Positions 19,621 to 29,805 of a DNA stretch of 64,000 nucleotides are shown here, one piece after another. Both the position numbers and the translations under genes were made by a program. The first letter of the stretch is position 1; every line of letters begins with the position of its first letter. Source of the DNA: Nitrosarchaeum sp. (lineage in GTDB: Archaea > Thermoproteota > Nitrososphaeria > Nitrososphaerales > Nitrosopumilaceae); NCBI GenBank assembly GCA_965223865.1, contig OZ245020.1, positions 1,120,001 to 1,184,000 of the forward strand, written 5' to 3'. The notes under the pieces are model-generated. The model did not search any database. It was not told the DNA's origin and worked only from the letters and a program-made list of their open reading frames with translations.

Positions 19621-21131
19621 ACATTAGAGTATTTGATACCACATTAAGAGATGGAGAACAGACCCCTGGAATTTCATTATCTCCAGATCAGAAACTATCA
19701 ATTGCAAAAAAACTTGATGAACTTGGTGTTGATGCAATCGAAGCAGGTTTCCCGGTAATTTCTGAAGGTGAACTAAAATCAGTTAAAATGATCACAGATG
19801 CAGGTTTATCCTGTGATATTTGTGGTTTGGCTCGAACAAACAAAAAAGATATTGATGCAGCAGTTGATGCAGGATTAAATTATATTCATACATTCATTGC
19901 AACTTCTGATATTCACTTGGAGTATAAACTAAAAATGACTCGTGATCAAGCCCTTGAAAAAGCAATAGATGCAGTTGAATATGGAAAATCTCGAGGACTT
20001 CAAATTGAATTTTCAGCAGAGGATGCAACCAGAACTGACAGGGAATTTCTTAAAAAAGTATTTGGCGAAGTTGCAAAAGCAGGTGCAGATAGGATTGATA
20101 TTCCTGACACTGTAGGATATTCTACTCCTGAATATATTGCTGAAATAACCAGAGATGCAATTAATGCAACAAAACTTCCCATTAGTGTTCATTGTCATAA
20201 TGACTTCGGTTTGGCAGTAGCTAATGCATTATCAGGTATACGAGCTGGTGCTCAATGCGCACATGTTACAATTAATGGAATAGGTGAGAGAGCAGGCAAT
20301 GCATCACTGGAAGAATTTGTAATGGCATTGAAATGTTTACCTTATGATCAAAAGTATGAAACAGGAATAAAATCTGAACTAATCTATGATGTCTCAAGAT
20401 TTGTATCAAAAATTGTAGGAATTCAGGTTCAGCCAAATAAAGCAATTGTAGGAGATAACGCATTTGGTCACGAGTCTGGTATTCATACTCACGGTGTTTT
20501 GAATAATCCTTTGACCTATGAGCCAATCAGTCCTGAATTGGTTGGAAGAAAAAGATGGCTTCAAGTAGGAAAGCATGCAGGCATTCATGGAATGAATGCA
20601 ATGCTTGAAGAGTATGGCATCAAACCAACCGATGATCAAGCAACACAAATTCTTGATAAAGTAAAGATACTAGGAGATCAAGGAAAACAAGTAACTGATA
20701 TAGAATTACTTTCAATCGCTAGTGATATTTTAGGTGAGCAGGGAATCAAACGAATCGTCCAATTAACTGGATTCTCTGTATCTACTGGAATAGGAACAAT
20801 GCCATATGCATTTGTTAAATTAAACATTGATGGAGAGGACTTTGTAGGAACTGACTACGGAGTTGGTCCTGTTGATGCAGCACTTAATGCCATTCAGAAA
20901 ATCACTGGAAAAATCTCTGAAATTAAAATAAAAGATTATGGATTGGCATCTATATCTGGTGGTTCTACTGCATTGTGTGAAGTAACAATTCGTGTAGAAG
21001 ATGCCCAAGGCAACAGTGTTTCAGCAAAATCTGTAGGTGAAGACATTGTCACAACCAGTGTTCAGGCAGTAATTGATGGTCTTAACAGAATAATGCTCAA
21101 AAAAATGTTAAAAGAAAAACAACTAACCTAA
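19617..21131 (+). CDS. leuA: 2-isopropylmalate / citramalate synthase family protein
   Basis: DTTLRDGEQ, HCHNDFG, GIGERAGNA, HESGIH, GPVDA regulatory domain; LeuA vs CimA not resolved. Confidence 0.85.
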   Translation: MNIRVFDTTLRDGEQTPGISLSPDQKLSIAKKLDELGVDAIEAGFPVISEGELKSVKMITDAGLSCDICGLARTNKKDIDAAVDAGLNYIHTFIATSDIHLEYKLKMTRDQALEKAIDAVEYGKSRGLQIEFSAEDATRTDREFLKKVFGEVAKAGADRIDIPDTVGYSTPEYIAEITRDAINATKLPISVHCHNDFGLAVANALSGIRAGAQCAHVTINGIGERAGNASLEEFVMALKCLPYDQKYETGIKSELIYDVSRFVSKIVGIQVQPNKAIVGDNAFGHESGIHTHGVLNNPLTYEPISPELVGRKRWLQVGKHAGIHGMNAMLEEYGIKPTDDQATQILDKVKILGDQGKQVTDIELLSIASDILGEQGIKRIVQLTGFSVSTGIGTMPYAFVKLNIDGEDFVGTDYGVGPVDAALNAIQKITGKISEIKIKDYGLASISGGSTALCEVTIRVEDAQGNSVSAKSVGEDIVTTSVQAVIDGLNRIMLKKMLKEKQLT

Positions 21132-21162
21132 TCCTAAAATTCCCTTACTTTGAGAGTCAATC

Positions 21163-22176
21163 ATGTACAAAATTTCTTTAATTACCGGTGATGGTATTGG
21201 TTCTGAATTATCTGAATCTGCTGAATCTGTTCTTAATACAATTAATGATAGATATGACTTGAAGTTTGAAATTTCAAAATTACTAGCTGGAGATATTGCT
21301 TTAAAAAAAACTGGAAAGGCATTACCTGATGAAACAGTAGATACAATCAAAAAATCAGATGCTTGCATGAAAGCCCCTGTTGGAGAGAGCGCAGCAGATG
21401 TAATCGTTGTTTTAAGAAGGATGCTTGATCTTTATGCTAACATTAGGCCTGCAAAGTCATATCCTCACATGCCTGCGTTACGAGATGATATTGATATGGT
21501 TATAGTGCGAGAAAACACTGAAGATCTTTACACTGGTAAAGAATTTAGATTGGGAAATGCAGCAGTTGCATTGAGAATAATTTCTGAAGATGCATCAAAG
21601 AGAATTGCAAGATATGCATTTGAATCAGCAAAACAACGCAACTCAAAGAATAAAGTCACATGTGTTCATAAATCAAACGTGATGAGAGTTACAGATGGAT
21701 TGTTTGCCAAATCTTGTGCAGAAATTTCAAAAGATTATCCCGATATTTCATTTGAAGAAATGTATGTTGATGCATGTGCAATGAATTTAATTCGTCAACC
21801 AGAGCAGTTTGATGTTATAGTTACTACGAATTTATTTGGGGATATCTTGTCTGATGAATCCTCTCAAGTAGTTGGAGGACTTGGAATGGCACCAGCTGCT
21901 AACATTGGTGATGAGTTTGCATTGTTTGAGCCTGTTCATGGTGCTGCATTTGATATTGCAGGACAAAACATTGCCAATCCTTCCTCATTTTTACTATCTA
22001 TCAAAATGATGCTTGACTGGCTTGGCTCAAAACATAATGACTCAAAATGTTTCGAAGTAGGACAAAAGTTAGAGAATACTATATTTGATTTGGTAAAATC
22101 TGGGGTTAAAACCAAAGACATTGGTGGTGATAAGACCACCAGTGAATTTACTAAACAGATTACTGATAATCTCTAA
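21163..22176 (+). CDS. leuB: 3-isopropylmalate dehydrogenase family protein
   Basis: GDGIG, RENTED, NLFGDILSD, EPVHG; in the ilv/leu operon. Confidence 0.85.
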   Translation: MYKISLITGDGIGSELSESAESVLNTINDRYDLKFEISKLLAGDIALKKTGKALPDETVDTIKKSDACMKAPVGESAADVIVVLRRMLDLYANIRPAKSYPHMPALRDDIDMVIVRENTEDLYTGKEFRLGNAAVALRIISEDASKRIARYAFESAKQRNSKNKVTCVHKSNVMRVTDGLFAKSCAEISKDYPDISFEEMYVDACAMNLIRQPEQFDVIVTTNLFGDILSDESSQVVGGLGMAPAANIGDEFALFEPVHGAAFDIAGQNIANPSSFLLSIKMMLDWLGSKHNDSKCFEVGQKLENTIFDLVKSGVKTKDIGGDKTTSEFTKQITDNL

Positions 22177-22226
22177 AAAGGGAAAGCCCTGATTTGTGCG
22201 TAGAAATACGACGCTTTTGTAAAGTT

Positions 22227-23546
22227 TTACAACAAAATTCTGTAGTAATCCATGTGCTCGGGATTAAACTGTTGATGATGCTTTACCTGTTCTGTTTTTT
22301 TCCTCTTTTCAATTAAGGTTCTCAACGAGAAACTGCTCAAGTACTTGAAATTTGCAGATTTTGCCTCTGAGATGAATAGATTTCGCAATTCGCCTCCACC
22401 TTGCAGGCCCCAATAACCTTGTTTGAGGGCAATCGGCTCTAGAAATATTGTGTTATTTCCCCCCCAACTGTCATCAGATAATTCAGATCTTAATGTATAT
22501 CTTTCAAGAGGACCGCCTCTTGCAAATCCGATAATATCTCCATGCTTACTATTTAATCTCAAGGTACACAAGATGGTTTTTGGATCCTTGCAAGAATCTG
22601 TAAAACCGATGCGTTGAAACTGAAGGGGTTTTGGTAGTTCATCATAAATGGTAAAGATAGTCTTGATGAACTCGCTTGATTTTTTTGTATTAATGGATTC
22701 AGTAGTGGGCACTAGTGTTAGATTTTCATAGACAATGGAGGCTTTGTTTTGCAACTCATGTTGTCGCAGTTTCATAAAGGAGATTACATTATTCATAAAG
22801 TTTTTTCTCAAAGGTGTTGGTAATGCGCACAAGATTCTCTCGGCCATTTCTGATTCGTTGTTAAGCAGATCCTCATAGTAGGCAACGGCTCTTCGTACTA
22901 TTAGCGATGGATGCCAAGCTGATGCATGTGCATTCATCTTTGCCATCTCCAAGGCTTTGGAAAAATCTCCCAGTGCATAACCACCAATCCTGTCTGAAAC
23001 CGAAAGAAACCATCCAAGATTCTTGTACCTCTCCTTTGCCTCTGGTTTATTTTTGGTAGCAAGTGACGATTGGAGGCACTGGTCTATCTGGCTCTCCGTC
23101 TCTTCTTTTACCTGACCTCTCCAAGGATACACTGTCCTGTAGACCAGCGATTTTATCAAGTTAAAATCAAGCTCTGCTTCTTCTATGAGTTTTTGGAATT
23201 CTTTGTTTTGTTCGACAAATTGAATTACATTTTCTTCGTGCGGCTTGTCTATATCCTTAAGTGGATCAAAATCGTGGATTAATGCCGCAACAAAAAGATG
23301 ACCTAACTCATCTGGCGTTATGTCATTTCTTTCATCTTTCCAACAGGCTGCCTTGAGGGTGACATAAGTCACCTCAAGCTCATGATCTATGTTATGATAT
23401 CCATAATAGTCAGAACCCAATCCCTGGGAGTTGAAAAGGTGAATAATATGATCCAGCATCCTTTTGTAGCAGTCTTGGTTTTCCACCTCGGATGACTCGA
23501 GCAGATCTAAAATGTCATCTCTTAGAGGATGATGAACCTCTTGCAA
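22227..23546 (-). CDS. HD-domain protein with possible C-terminal GNAT-like domain
   Basis: YHNIDH...AALIHDFD..H..SD HD-type motif; C-terminal IIGFA...FLEPIAL...GLQGG. Confidence 0.75.
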   Translation of the reverse strand: MQEVHHPLRDDILDLLESSEVENQDCYKRMLDHIIHLFNSQGLGSDYYGYHNIDHELEVTYVTLKAACWKDERNDITPDELGHLFVAALIHDFDPLKDIDKPHEENVIQFVEQNKEFQKLIEEAELDFNLIKSLVYRTVYPWRGQVKEETESQIDQCLQSSLATKNKPEAKERYKNLGWFLSVSDRIGGYALGDFSKALEMAKMNAHASAWHPSLIVRRAVAYYEDLLNNESEMAERILCALPTPLRKNFMNNVISFMKLRQHELQNKASIVYENLTLVPTTESINTKKSSEFIKTIFTIYDELPKPLQFQRIGFTDSCKDPKTILCTLRLNSKHGDIIGFARGGPLERYTLRSELSDDSWGGNNTIFLEPIALKQGYWGLQGGGELRNLFISEAKSANFKYLSSFSLRTLIEKRKKTEQVKHHQQFNPEHMDYYRILL

Positions 23547-23769
23547 TACATAATGTATTATTGGGATAATTATTAAAAATTTAATTCATAATCAATTTTT
23601 GAAGTATACAATCAATTTTTATTTGATAAATTACCTCACGTCATGCCGAAAGTTATATCACGTTTTCAGGCGTGAAAGGGGGCATCAACTCATTCATAAT
23701 TCCATCATCTATATTTTTCAATCCTTTCCCAACCAAAACTTCTTCCTATTTACATTCAAATTAATTTCT

Positions 23770-24132
23770 CTAGTCTCTTCTCTTTTTCAAATCCGAAGAT
23801 GGGGGATTTAATGACCAAAAGAATAATGCAAAACAGATTGGAATCATTATTAGTAATAATGCAACTAGCGTTATAGAGTAAAATCCCGGATCTAATCCCG
23901 GAAGAAATGGTCCTGGATATACTGCATAAAACCACAAAAATGATACAAAAACCAGAACAACTTTGTTCTTTTTTAGCAGTTTCTTCCAGCCTAATCTGCG
24001 TTTTTTAATATAGCATTCTTTGCATCTAGTTCTGTCATCTACCATACATGACGTACAACAGTTTTTATCACAAAAATAACAAATCCTGTCTCCAAATCCT
24101 GATCCACAGAAATCACATTTGTACATCACCAT
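23770..24132 (-). CDS. Cys-rich zinc-finger membrane protein
   Basis: Four CxxC motifs then two TM helices. Confidence 0.75.
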   Translation of the reverse strand: MVMYKCDFCGSGFGDRICYFCDKNCCTSCMVDDRTRCKECYIKKRRLGWKKLLKKNKVVLVFVSFLWFYAVYPGPFLPGLDPGFYSITLVALLLIMIPICFALFFWSLNPPSSDLKKRRD

Positions 24133-24207
24133 AGATCCTCTTCTTTGAATTTATCTTTTTTCAACTATTACTAATTTTTATTAATTGTATATTTTATCTA
24201 CTTGTTA

Positions 24208-24339
24208 ATGGCAGTATGTTGTATTTGCAAGATTAACGAGGGTTCACTGAAAATTAAAGATGGGAACCCAAAGTACAAGGGAAAACCTATTTGCAAAGAA
24301 TGCCAAGGCTATAGAAAATTATTACAAGAAACAAAATAA
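24208..24339 (+). CDS. 43-aa zinc-finger micro-protein
   Basis: Manual translation MAVCCICKINEGSLKIKDGNPKYKGKPICKECQGYRKLLQETK, two CxxC motifs. Confidence 0.65.
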   Translation: MAVCCICKINEGSLKIKDGNPKYKGKPICKECQGYRKLLQETK

Positions 24340-24340
24340 A

Positions 24341-24604
24341 TTAAGGATCTTTTGTCTTGTTTTTATTAGCCCATTCTTCATATGTTTTGATTAATTCATC
24401 CACGTCTTTGTCATTTTCAGAATATGTGATAATAACTCCAAACGTTCCTTTTTTATCATGTCCTCTTGCAAAATATCCCCAAAAAGAGTCTGGTAGTTTT
24501 TGAAAATTGTTTGAATCATGTGAAACTCCAATCAAATTATTTCCGATTACTTCTACTACTTTTTTTGCATCATCTTGTTCAATCATAATTTTGTGTAAAT
24601 ACAA
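24341..24604 (-). CDS. Hypothetical protein
   Basis: ORF track; likely start at the internal Met. Confidence 0.7.
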   Translation of the reverse strand: MYLHKIMIEQDDAKKVVEVIGNNLIGVSHDSNNFQKLPDSFWGYFARGHDKKGTFGVIITYSENDKDVDELIKTYEEWANKNKTKDP

Positions 24605-24624
24605 TATAATAAAAATTTGAATTA

Positions 24625-25911
24625 CTATGGACTTAGTCTGTCTGGATCCCTTGGATACAAAACCACTTCACGGACATTATCAATCCCAATTAAGGTAGTC
24701 ATCAATCTATCTAGTCCCATCCCCCATCCTGAATGAGGAGGCATTCCCCAATCAAAGGCTTTTAGATGATCTGTAAATTGTGCAGGATCCAATCCTTGCT
24801 CTCTTAGTCTATCTTTTAACATCTCTGGATTATGTAGCCTTGTTCCTCCTGAGGATAACTCTAGATATCCATATTGTAAATCAAACGAGCGTGATAAGGT
24901 TGCATCTTCATCCTTTTCTCTAATGTAAAATGGTTTTAACTTCATTGGCCAATCAGTCAAAAAGAAAAATCCTGGATGATTCTTTCCGATTATTCTAAGA
25001 TGTGAATCCATCAAATCTTCTCCAAACTCCACTTTTTCTCCTTCTTGTTTTAGTTCTTCAATACACTGATTGTATGTAATTCTCTCAAATGGTGAGGATG
25101 GAACCTCTATGGTATGTCCAATTAGTTGTTGTTCCTTCTTACAATTCTCAGATGTAAACTTGTATACCTCCATTACAAGCAGTTCTAAGACATCCATCAC
25201 ATCATTATAATCCATAAATGCAGCTTCAATGTCTACACTGGTAAATTCACTTAGATGTCTGCCAGTATGGGATTTTTCAGCTCGATAAAAATTTGAAATC
25301 TCAAATACTCTTTCTAATCCTATTGTCATCTGTTCTTTGTAAAGCTGCGGACTTTGTGCAAGATATGCAGTTTTCCCAAAATATTCTAAAGAGAATAAAT
25401 TTGCCCCTCCTTCACTTGCACTGCCAATAATTTTTGGAGTTGTAATTTCTATGAATTTTTTTTCGGATAATGTTTTTCGAAGTGATGCTAAAACTTGATG
25501 TCTTAATTTGAAAATTGCTGCAGTCTTTTGATTTCGCATATCTAAGGCACGGTGATTCAATCTTGTATCTATATTACTCTCAACTCTACCAATTGGATCT
25601 ACTGGAAGAGGATGTATTGCTTTAGCTAATACGTCAATTTCTCCAGCCTTAATCTCAAAATCAAAATCACGTGCTTTTGTCTCTTGAACTATTCCCTTTA
25701 CGCTTATGACGCTTTGACGATTTAATTCTTCTAGGCTATCATTTAATTCTCCTTTTACAATTATCTGTGAAATTCCAGAAACATCTCTTAAGGTGATAAA
25801 TGTCATCTTTCCTAATTTTCTAAGATCTTCTATCCATCCTCCTAAAACTACTTCATTGCCTACATTTTCAGAGTTTAATTCTGAAATATCATGAGTCTTA
25901 ACAAATACCAA
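24625..25911 (-). CDS. aspS: Archaeal aspartyl-tRNA synthetase, probably non-discriminating Asp/Asn
   Basis: OB-fold, LAQSPQLYK, YRAEKSHTGRHLSEF, PPHSGWGMGLDR. Confidence 0.95.
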   Translation of the reverse strand: MVFVKTHDISELNSENVGNEVVLGGWIEDLRKLGKMTFITLRDVSGISQIIVKGELNDSLEELNRQSVISVKGIVQETKARDFDFEIKAGEIDVLAKAIHPLPVDPIGRVESNIDTRLNHRALDMRNQKTAAIFKLRHQVLASLRKTLSEKKFIEITTPKIIGSASEGGANLFSLEYFGKTAYLAQSPQLYKEQMTIGLERVFEISNFYRAEKSHTGRHLSEFTSVDIEAAFMDYNDVMDVLELLVMEVYKFTSENCKKEQQLIGHTIEVPSSPFERITYNQCIEELKQEGEKVEFGEDLMDSHLRIIGKNHPGFFFLTDWPMKLKPFYIREKDEDATLSRSFDLQYGYLELSSGGTRLHNPEMLKDRLREQGLDPAQFTDHLKAFDWGMPPHSGWGMGLDRLMTTLIGIDNVREVVLYPRDPDRLSP

Positions 25912-25916
25912 CTACT

Positions 25917-26432
25917 TCACGCTCTTTTATCTTCAAACTCTATCTCAATGTCAAGGTTTCGGGCACTTTTGACAATTTGTATGACCTTTTCTGTGTCAAT
26001 TGGAAATCTAGGAGTCCATTTTCCAGATACAACTGCTTTTGTTTTTTGAATTCCTCCTGGAGCCCATACTGAATTTATTGATAAAATTTTTGTTGGAAAG
26101 AATAAATCTTCGATAAATTTTTTGTCATTTTCTTCTGCTTCAACTATCCAAATTTTTCCATCAAACTGCTCTTGTATTAATCTGTAAAGCGTTCTACTTT
26201 TTCTTATGGTCATAATGTCATTTTTTGCTAATGATAACACATAATTTCCATCAAATTCTTTACAGGAAAAAAGAGTAAAATTATCAATATCTTGATTTGT
26301 TTTTGTTAGATTTGCTAGTTTTATTGATCCATCTACATCTGCTTTGCTAATGTTCCCTGATTCTACTTTTCCTTCGCATTGAGGACAAAGCACTGCATTT
26401 TTTGCATCAAAATTGCATATGGGGAGCTTCAT
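25917..26432 (-). CDS. Archaeal NusA-like protein with N-terminal Zn-binding motif
   Basis: MKLPIC...LCPQC N-terminus followed by KH-like segments. Confidence 0.7.
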   Translation of the reverse strand: MKLPICNFDAKNAVLCPQCEGKVESGNISKADVDGSIKLANLTKTNQDIDNFTLFSCKEFDGNYVLSLAKNDIMTIRKSRTLYRLIQEQFDGKIWIVEAEENDKKFIEDLFFPTKILSINSVWAPGGIQKTKAVVSGKWTPRFPIDTEKVIQIVKSARNLDIEIEFEDKRA

Positions 26433-26772
26433 ATTTAGTCGACTTTTTTAATTTCTGTTAAAGTTGTTTATATCCCTTAGTGCAGGAATTTATTGGTTTA
26501 ATGTATTATTACTTATCATTGCCTTTTTTCTTAACTTTGATGTTTTGATTTTTGATCGGTTTTTTTAATTTGAGTATTTTTTATCCAATTCATTTTTTTA
26601 TTCCTGAAATTCTTTCATTTGAAAACTCGATTTCTTTTTCTAGGTATAGTTTTGCACTTGTTCTCTCTTCTTTTGAGTCACTCGTTTATTACCATCTATA
26701 ATTTATTCCGTAAATCTAGTATGCTTCTACTTTTAGTGTAAAACAAAAATTCTACTAAAAATCTAAGAAATC

Positions 26773-27711
26773 ATGGCATTTTTGATTGTCAAAGATTTGT
26801 CTGTACAATATTTCACATCTAGAGGACCTGTTTATGCTGTAGAAGATGTTGATTTTGAACTTGACGATGGTGAGTCATTAGGAATTGCCGGAGAAAGTGC
26901 GTGTGGCAAAAGTACCTTAGGTCTATCTATAATGAGGATGCTTTCAGGTGGAATTGCTAAAGGGGAAATTCTCTTTGATGGAGAATCCTTGCTTGAATTA
27001 TCTGAATCTAAGTTTGATAATGAATACCGTTGGAAGAAAATTGCTATGATTTTTCAAGGTGCAATGAATTCACTTGATCCTGTTTTTACCGTAAACGATC
27101 AATTCATAGAAGTTCTAAAACAACACAACTTTAATGGAGATTTTAAAAAAGCAATATCTGATGCCATAAAATCGGTGAGCTTAGATAATTTGGTCCTCAA
27201 AAAATATCCTCACGAATTGAGTGGAGGAATGAAGCAGAGAATTATAATTGCAATGGCTCTTCTGTTAAAACCCAAATTCGTAATTGCAGATGAACCTACT
27301 ACAGCTCTGGATGTTCTTATCCAGGCACAGATTGTAAATTTATTAAAAAAACTAAAAAAAGATGGAATGTCATTTTTTTTAATTAGTCATGATTTAGCAA
27401 TATTGTCTGAAATCGCAGATAAAATAGGAATAATGTATGGTGGTCAATTAGTAGAATTTGGTTCTTCTCAAGAAATTTACAAAAATCCCAAACATCCATA
27501 CACAAAAGGACTTTTAGAATCTATACCCAGACTAAGGGGTACTGTTCCAAAACACATCAAGGGAAATCCTCCAAGCCTTTTAGAATTTCCAACCCAATGT
27601 AGATTTATTGATAGGTGCCCCCTTGCAATTGAAAAATGCCATAATGTTCCTCCAAAGATTAAAACTAAAACTGGATATGTTCAGTGTTGGCTTTATGAGG
27701 ATGAAAATTAG
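26773..27711 (+). CDS. Oligopeptide/dipeptide ABC transporter ATP-binding subunit
   Basis: GESACGKS, YPHELSGGMKQR, ADEPTTALD, HPYT, C-terminal Cys cluster. Confidence 0.93.
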   Translation: MAFLIVKDLSVQYFTSRGPVYAVEDVDFELDDGESLGIAGESACGKSTLGLSIMRMLSGGIAKGEILFDGESLLELSESKFDNEYRWKKIAMIFQGAMNSLDPVFTVNDQFIEVLKQHNFNGDFKKAISDAIKSVSLDNLVLKKYPHELSGGMKQRIIIAMALLLKPKFVIADEPTTALDVLIQAQIVNLLKKLKKDGMSFFLISHDLAILSEIADKIGIMYGGQLVEFGSSQEIYKNPKHPYTKGLLESIPRLRGTVPKHIKGNPPSLLEFPTQCRFIDRCPLAIEKCHNVPPKIKTKTGYVQCWLYEDEN

Positions 27712-27721
27712 TCTGTTGTTT

Positions 27722-28006
27722 TTAATCATTTAGATATTTTTTGTCGATTTGTTCTAGATACCTTTCTTGAATTTCTGAAATTTCTCTTTCAGTTGTATTC
27801 CTACAAATTATCTTTGCGTATTTTATCAATTCAGGATTAATTTCCTTTTTTTCCAATTCTTCAATTTTCTGAAATATTTTTCTCTCAAATTCCATCATTT
27901 TTCTTAACTTTTGACTTAATTCTTCAATATCCATTTCGTGATAATTCTTTGATGAGATTTGATTGATTTCATCTATGATATGCTGAATTTGTTCAATTTC
28001 TTTCAT
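27722..28006 (-). CDS. Hypothetical coiled-coil protein
   Basis: 94-aa ORF. Confidence 0.65.
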   Translation of the reverse strand: MKEIEQIQHIIDEINQISSKNYHEMDIEELSQKLRKMMEFERKIFQKIEELEKKEINPELIKYAKIICRNTTEREISEIQERYLEQIDKKYLND

Positions 28007-28033
28007 TGCTTTTCATCCTTCATAGAAATAAAA

Positions 28034-28135
28034 CTATGATTTACTTTGATTCTCTTTTTTATGTTCTAAAATATGCTTTAATCCTTCTGTCATGCTAAGA
28101 GAATCCAAATTTATTTCACAGTAAGGGCATTTCAA
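28034..28135 (-). CDS. 33-aa C2H2-type zinc-finger micro-protein
   Basis: TTG start; MKCPYCEINLDSLSMTEGLKHILEHKKENQSKS, CxxC...HxxxH. Confidence 0.6.
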   Translation of the reverse strand: MKCPYCEINLDSLSMTEGLKHILEHKKENQSKS

Positions 28136-28143
28136 GATGTGTT

Positions 28144-28521
28144 CTAGTCTGAGTATTTTTTTACGATTGGCAAACAAGAGTCGATAATTCTTAGCATCTC
28201 TGTTCTGATTACTTTTTTATCAATTGAAATCCAAATTCGTATTTTTTTTATGGCAAATGATATTGTTTGAACCTTTTTTCGTTCTTCCCATACAAATTCC
28301 ACTTCTCCAAGATTTTTGTCAAAAAAGCCTTCAAGATCTGTCTTCATTGCAATATGTGAGAATTGGTATTGAGTATTCTTTGCATTGAGGAGTGGTTTTA
28401 AGTCTGGCCTCCTTCGATAAGCTTTGAGCTCTCCTCCTTTGCCAACTACTCCTACAAATCTAATGTATGGACTAATTGATGAAATAGAGTCACATATTGC
28501 TTGATAGTCTTTTTTTATCAT
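28144..28521 (-). CDS. Thaumarchaeal roadblock/profilin-like small protein
   Basis: IRFVGVV...G, FDKNLGEV pattern. Confidence 0.65.
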   Translation of the reverse strand: MIKKDYQAICDSISSISPYIRFVGVVGKGGELKAYRRRPDLKPLLNAKNTQYQFSHIAMKTDLEGFFDKNLGEVEFVWEERKKVQTISFAIKKIRIWISIDKKVIRTEMLRIIDSCLPIVKKYSD

Positions 28522-28609
28522 TTGCCTTTGTTGTAAAAATATTATATTTTAATGATGTGTGACTGATTTTCTCGGTTTAGTTAAATATCGCTTTTTGTCT
28601 GTTTGAGTA

Positions 28610-29242
28610 GTGGATTTTTCAGATCTATTTCCATTTGCTCCGGAGGTGGGTTATCTCGGTTTAGGTCTTGTGAACTTTTTTGGCTCATTAGTTCCGTTTG
28701 TTCCATTGCCTGGATTTCTTTTGTTGGCAACAATGTCAGTTGGAGATCAATTTGATATTCATATTTTAGCTCTACTATCTGCAATAACTGCAACTGTTGC
28801 CAAACAAATTATCTTCTATGTCAGCTATGGTGGTCGACGTATTATTAATGAAAAAACTAGAAAAAGAATGCGTCCTTTTGAGCGTCTTGTAAAGAGATAT
28901 GGTGCAGGAGCAGCATTTTTTGCTGCAGCAACCCCAATTCCAGATGATTTAGTATATGTTCCACTGGGTCTAGCAAAATACAATCCAAAAAGATTTTTCA
29001 TTGCCACTTTGACTGGAAAGCTTGTTCTAAGTTATACTATTGTTTTAATTTCTCACAATTTGGGAATCTCGCTAATTGAACCTTTTCTGGAAGATGTGGA
29101 TGATACCACTCCGGTATACATTGGAATTATTGTTTTTGGGGCAATGATGGCCTCAGTTGTGATATTGTTATTGAGATTGGATTGGCAGAAAATCCTAGGT
29201 AGGTTTGCCCCTTGGACATTAGATGAAAATAACGACGATTAA
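28610..29242 (+). CDS. DedA/VTT family membrane protein
   Basis: PFVPLP, AATPIPDDLVYVPLG..KY, several TMs. Confidence 0.85.
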   Translation: MDFSDLFPFAPEVGYLGLGLVNFFGSLVPFVPLPGFLLLATMSVGDQFDIHILALLSAITATVAKQIIFYVSYGGRRIINEKTRKRMRPFERLVKRYGAGAAFFAAATPIPDDLVYVPLGLAKYNPKRFFIATLTGKLVLSYTIVLISHNLGISLIEPFLEDVDDTTPVYIGIIVFGAMMASVVILLLRLDWQKILGRFAPWTLDENNDD

Positions 29243-29805
29243 GTTTCTAATTTAAAATTCCACTTATTTTCAGTTGCTTCTTTAATTCCTATTCTAGGAT
29301 TGGCTTTGATGTATTTTGGTTTTTTAAAACCTTCTGTAATGAATAGTTCTCCTTTTTGGGTTAGGTCTAAACCATAATGTTCTTTGGTGATGTTTAATGC
29401 CTGTGTTAGTTTTGCAGGGCCATTTGTAAGATTTTTCAGATCTTCTATTTTTCTATTTTTTCTCATAATCTCGATTCCTTCTAGGGGTTCTACTGCACGA
29501 ATCAGAACTGCACCTGCATCAAATTTTGAATTTCTTGCAACTACGTTAAAACAATAATACATTCCATAGGTAAAATAGACATACGCCCTTCCAACTTCTT
29601 CGAACATAGCTCGGTTTCTATCTGTCTTTCTTCTATGAGCATGGCTTGCAGGATCATCTTTATGTCTATATGCTTCTGTCTCTGTAATTATTCCTGAAAT
29701 TTTTTTATTGCCAATCTTTCTTACTATCTTTTTACCCAGCAGGTGTTTTGCTACTGTAACAGTATCCTGTAGATAGAACGTTCTAGGAAGTATATTCAAT
29801 GTCAA
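29239..29805 (-). CDS. mpg: DNA-3-methyladenine glycosylase (MPG/AAG family)
   Basis: ETEAY, DPASH, YVYFTYGMYYCFN, AVLIRA, GPAKL, RIGI. Confidence 0.93.
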   Translation of the reverse strand: MTLNILPRTFYLQDTVTVAKHLLGKKIVRKIGNKKISGIITETEAYRHKDDPASHAHRRKTDRNRAMFEEVGRAYVYFTYGMYYCFNVVARNSKFDAGAVLIRAVEPLEGIEIMRKNRKIEDLKNLTNGPAKLTQALNITKEHYGLDLTQKGELFITEGFKKPKYIKANPRIGIKEATENKWNFKLET

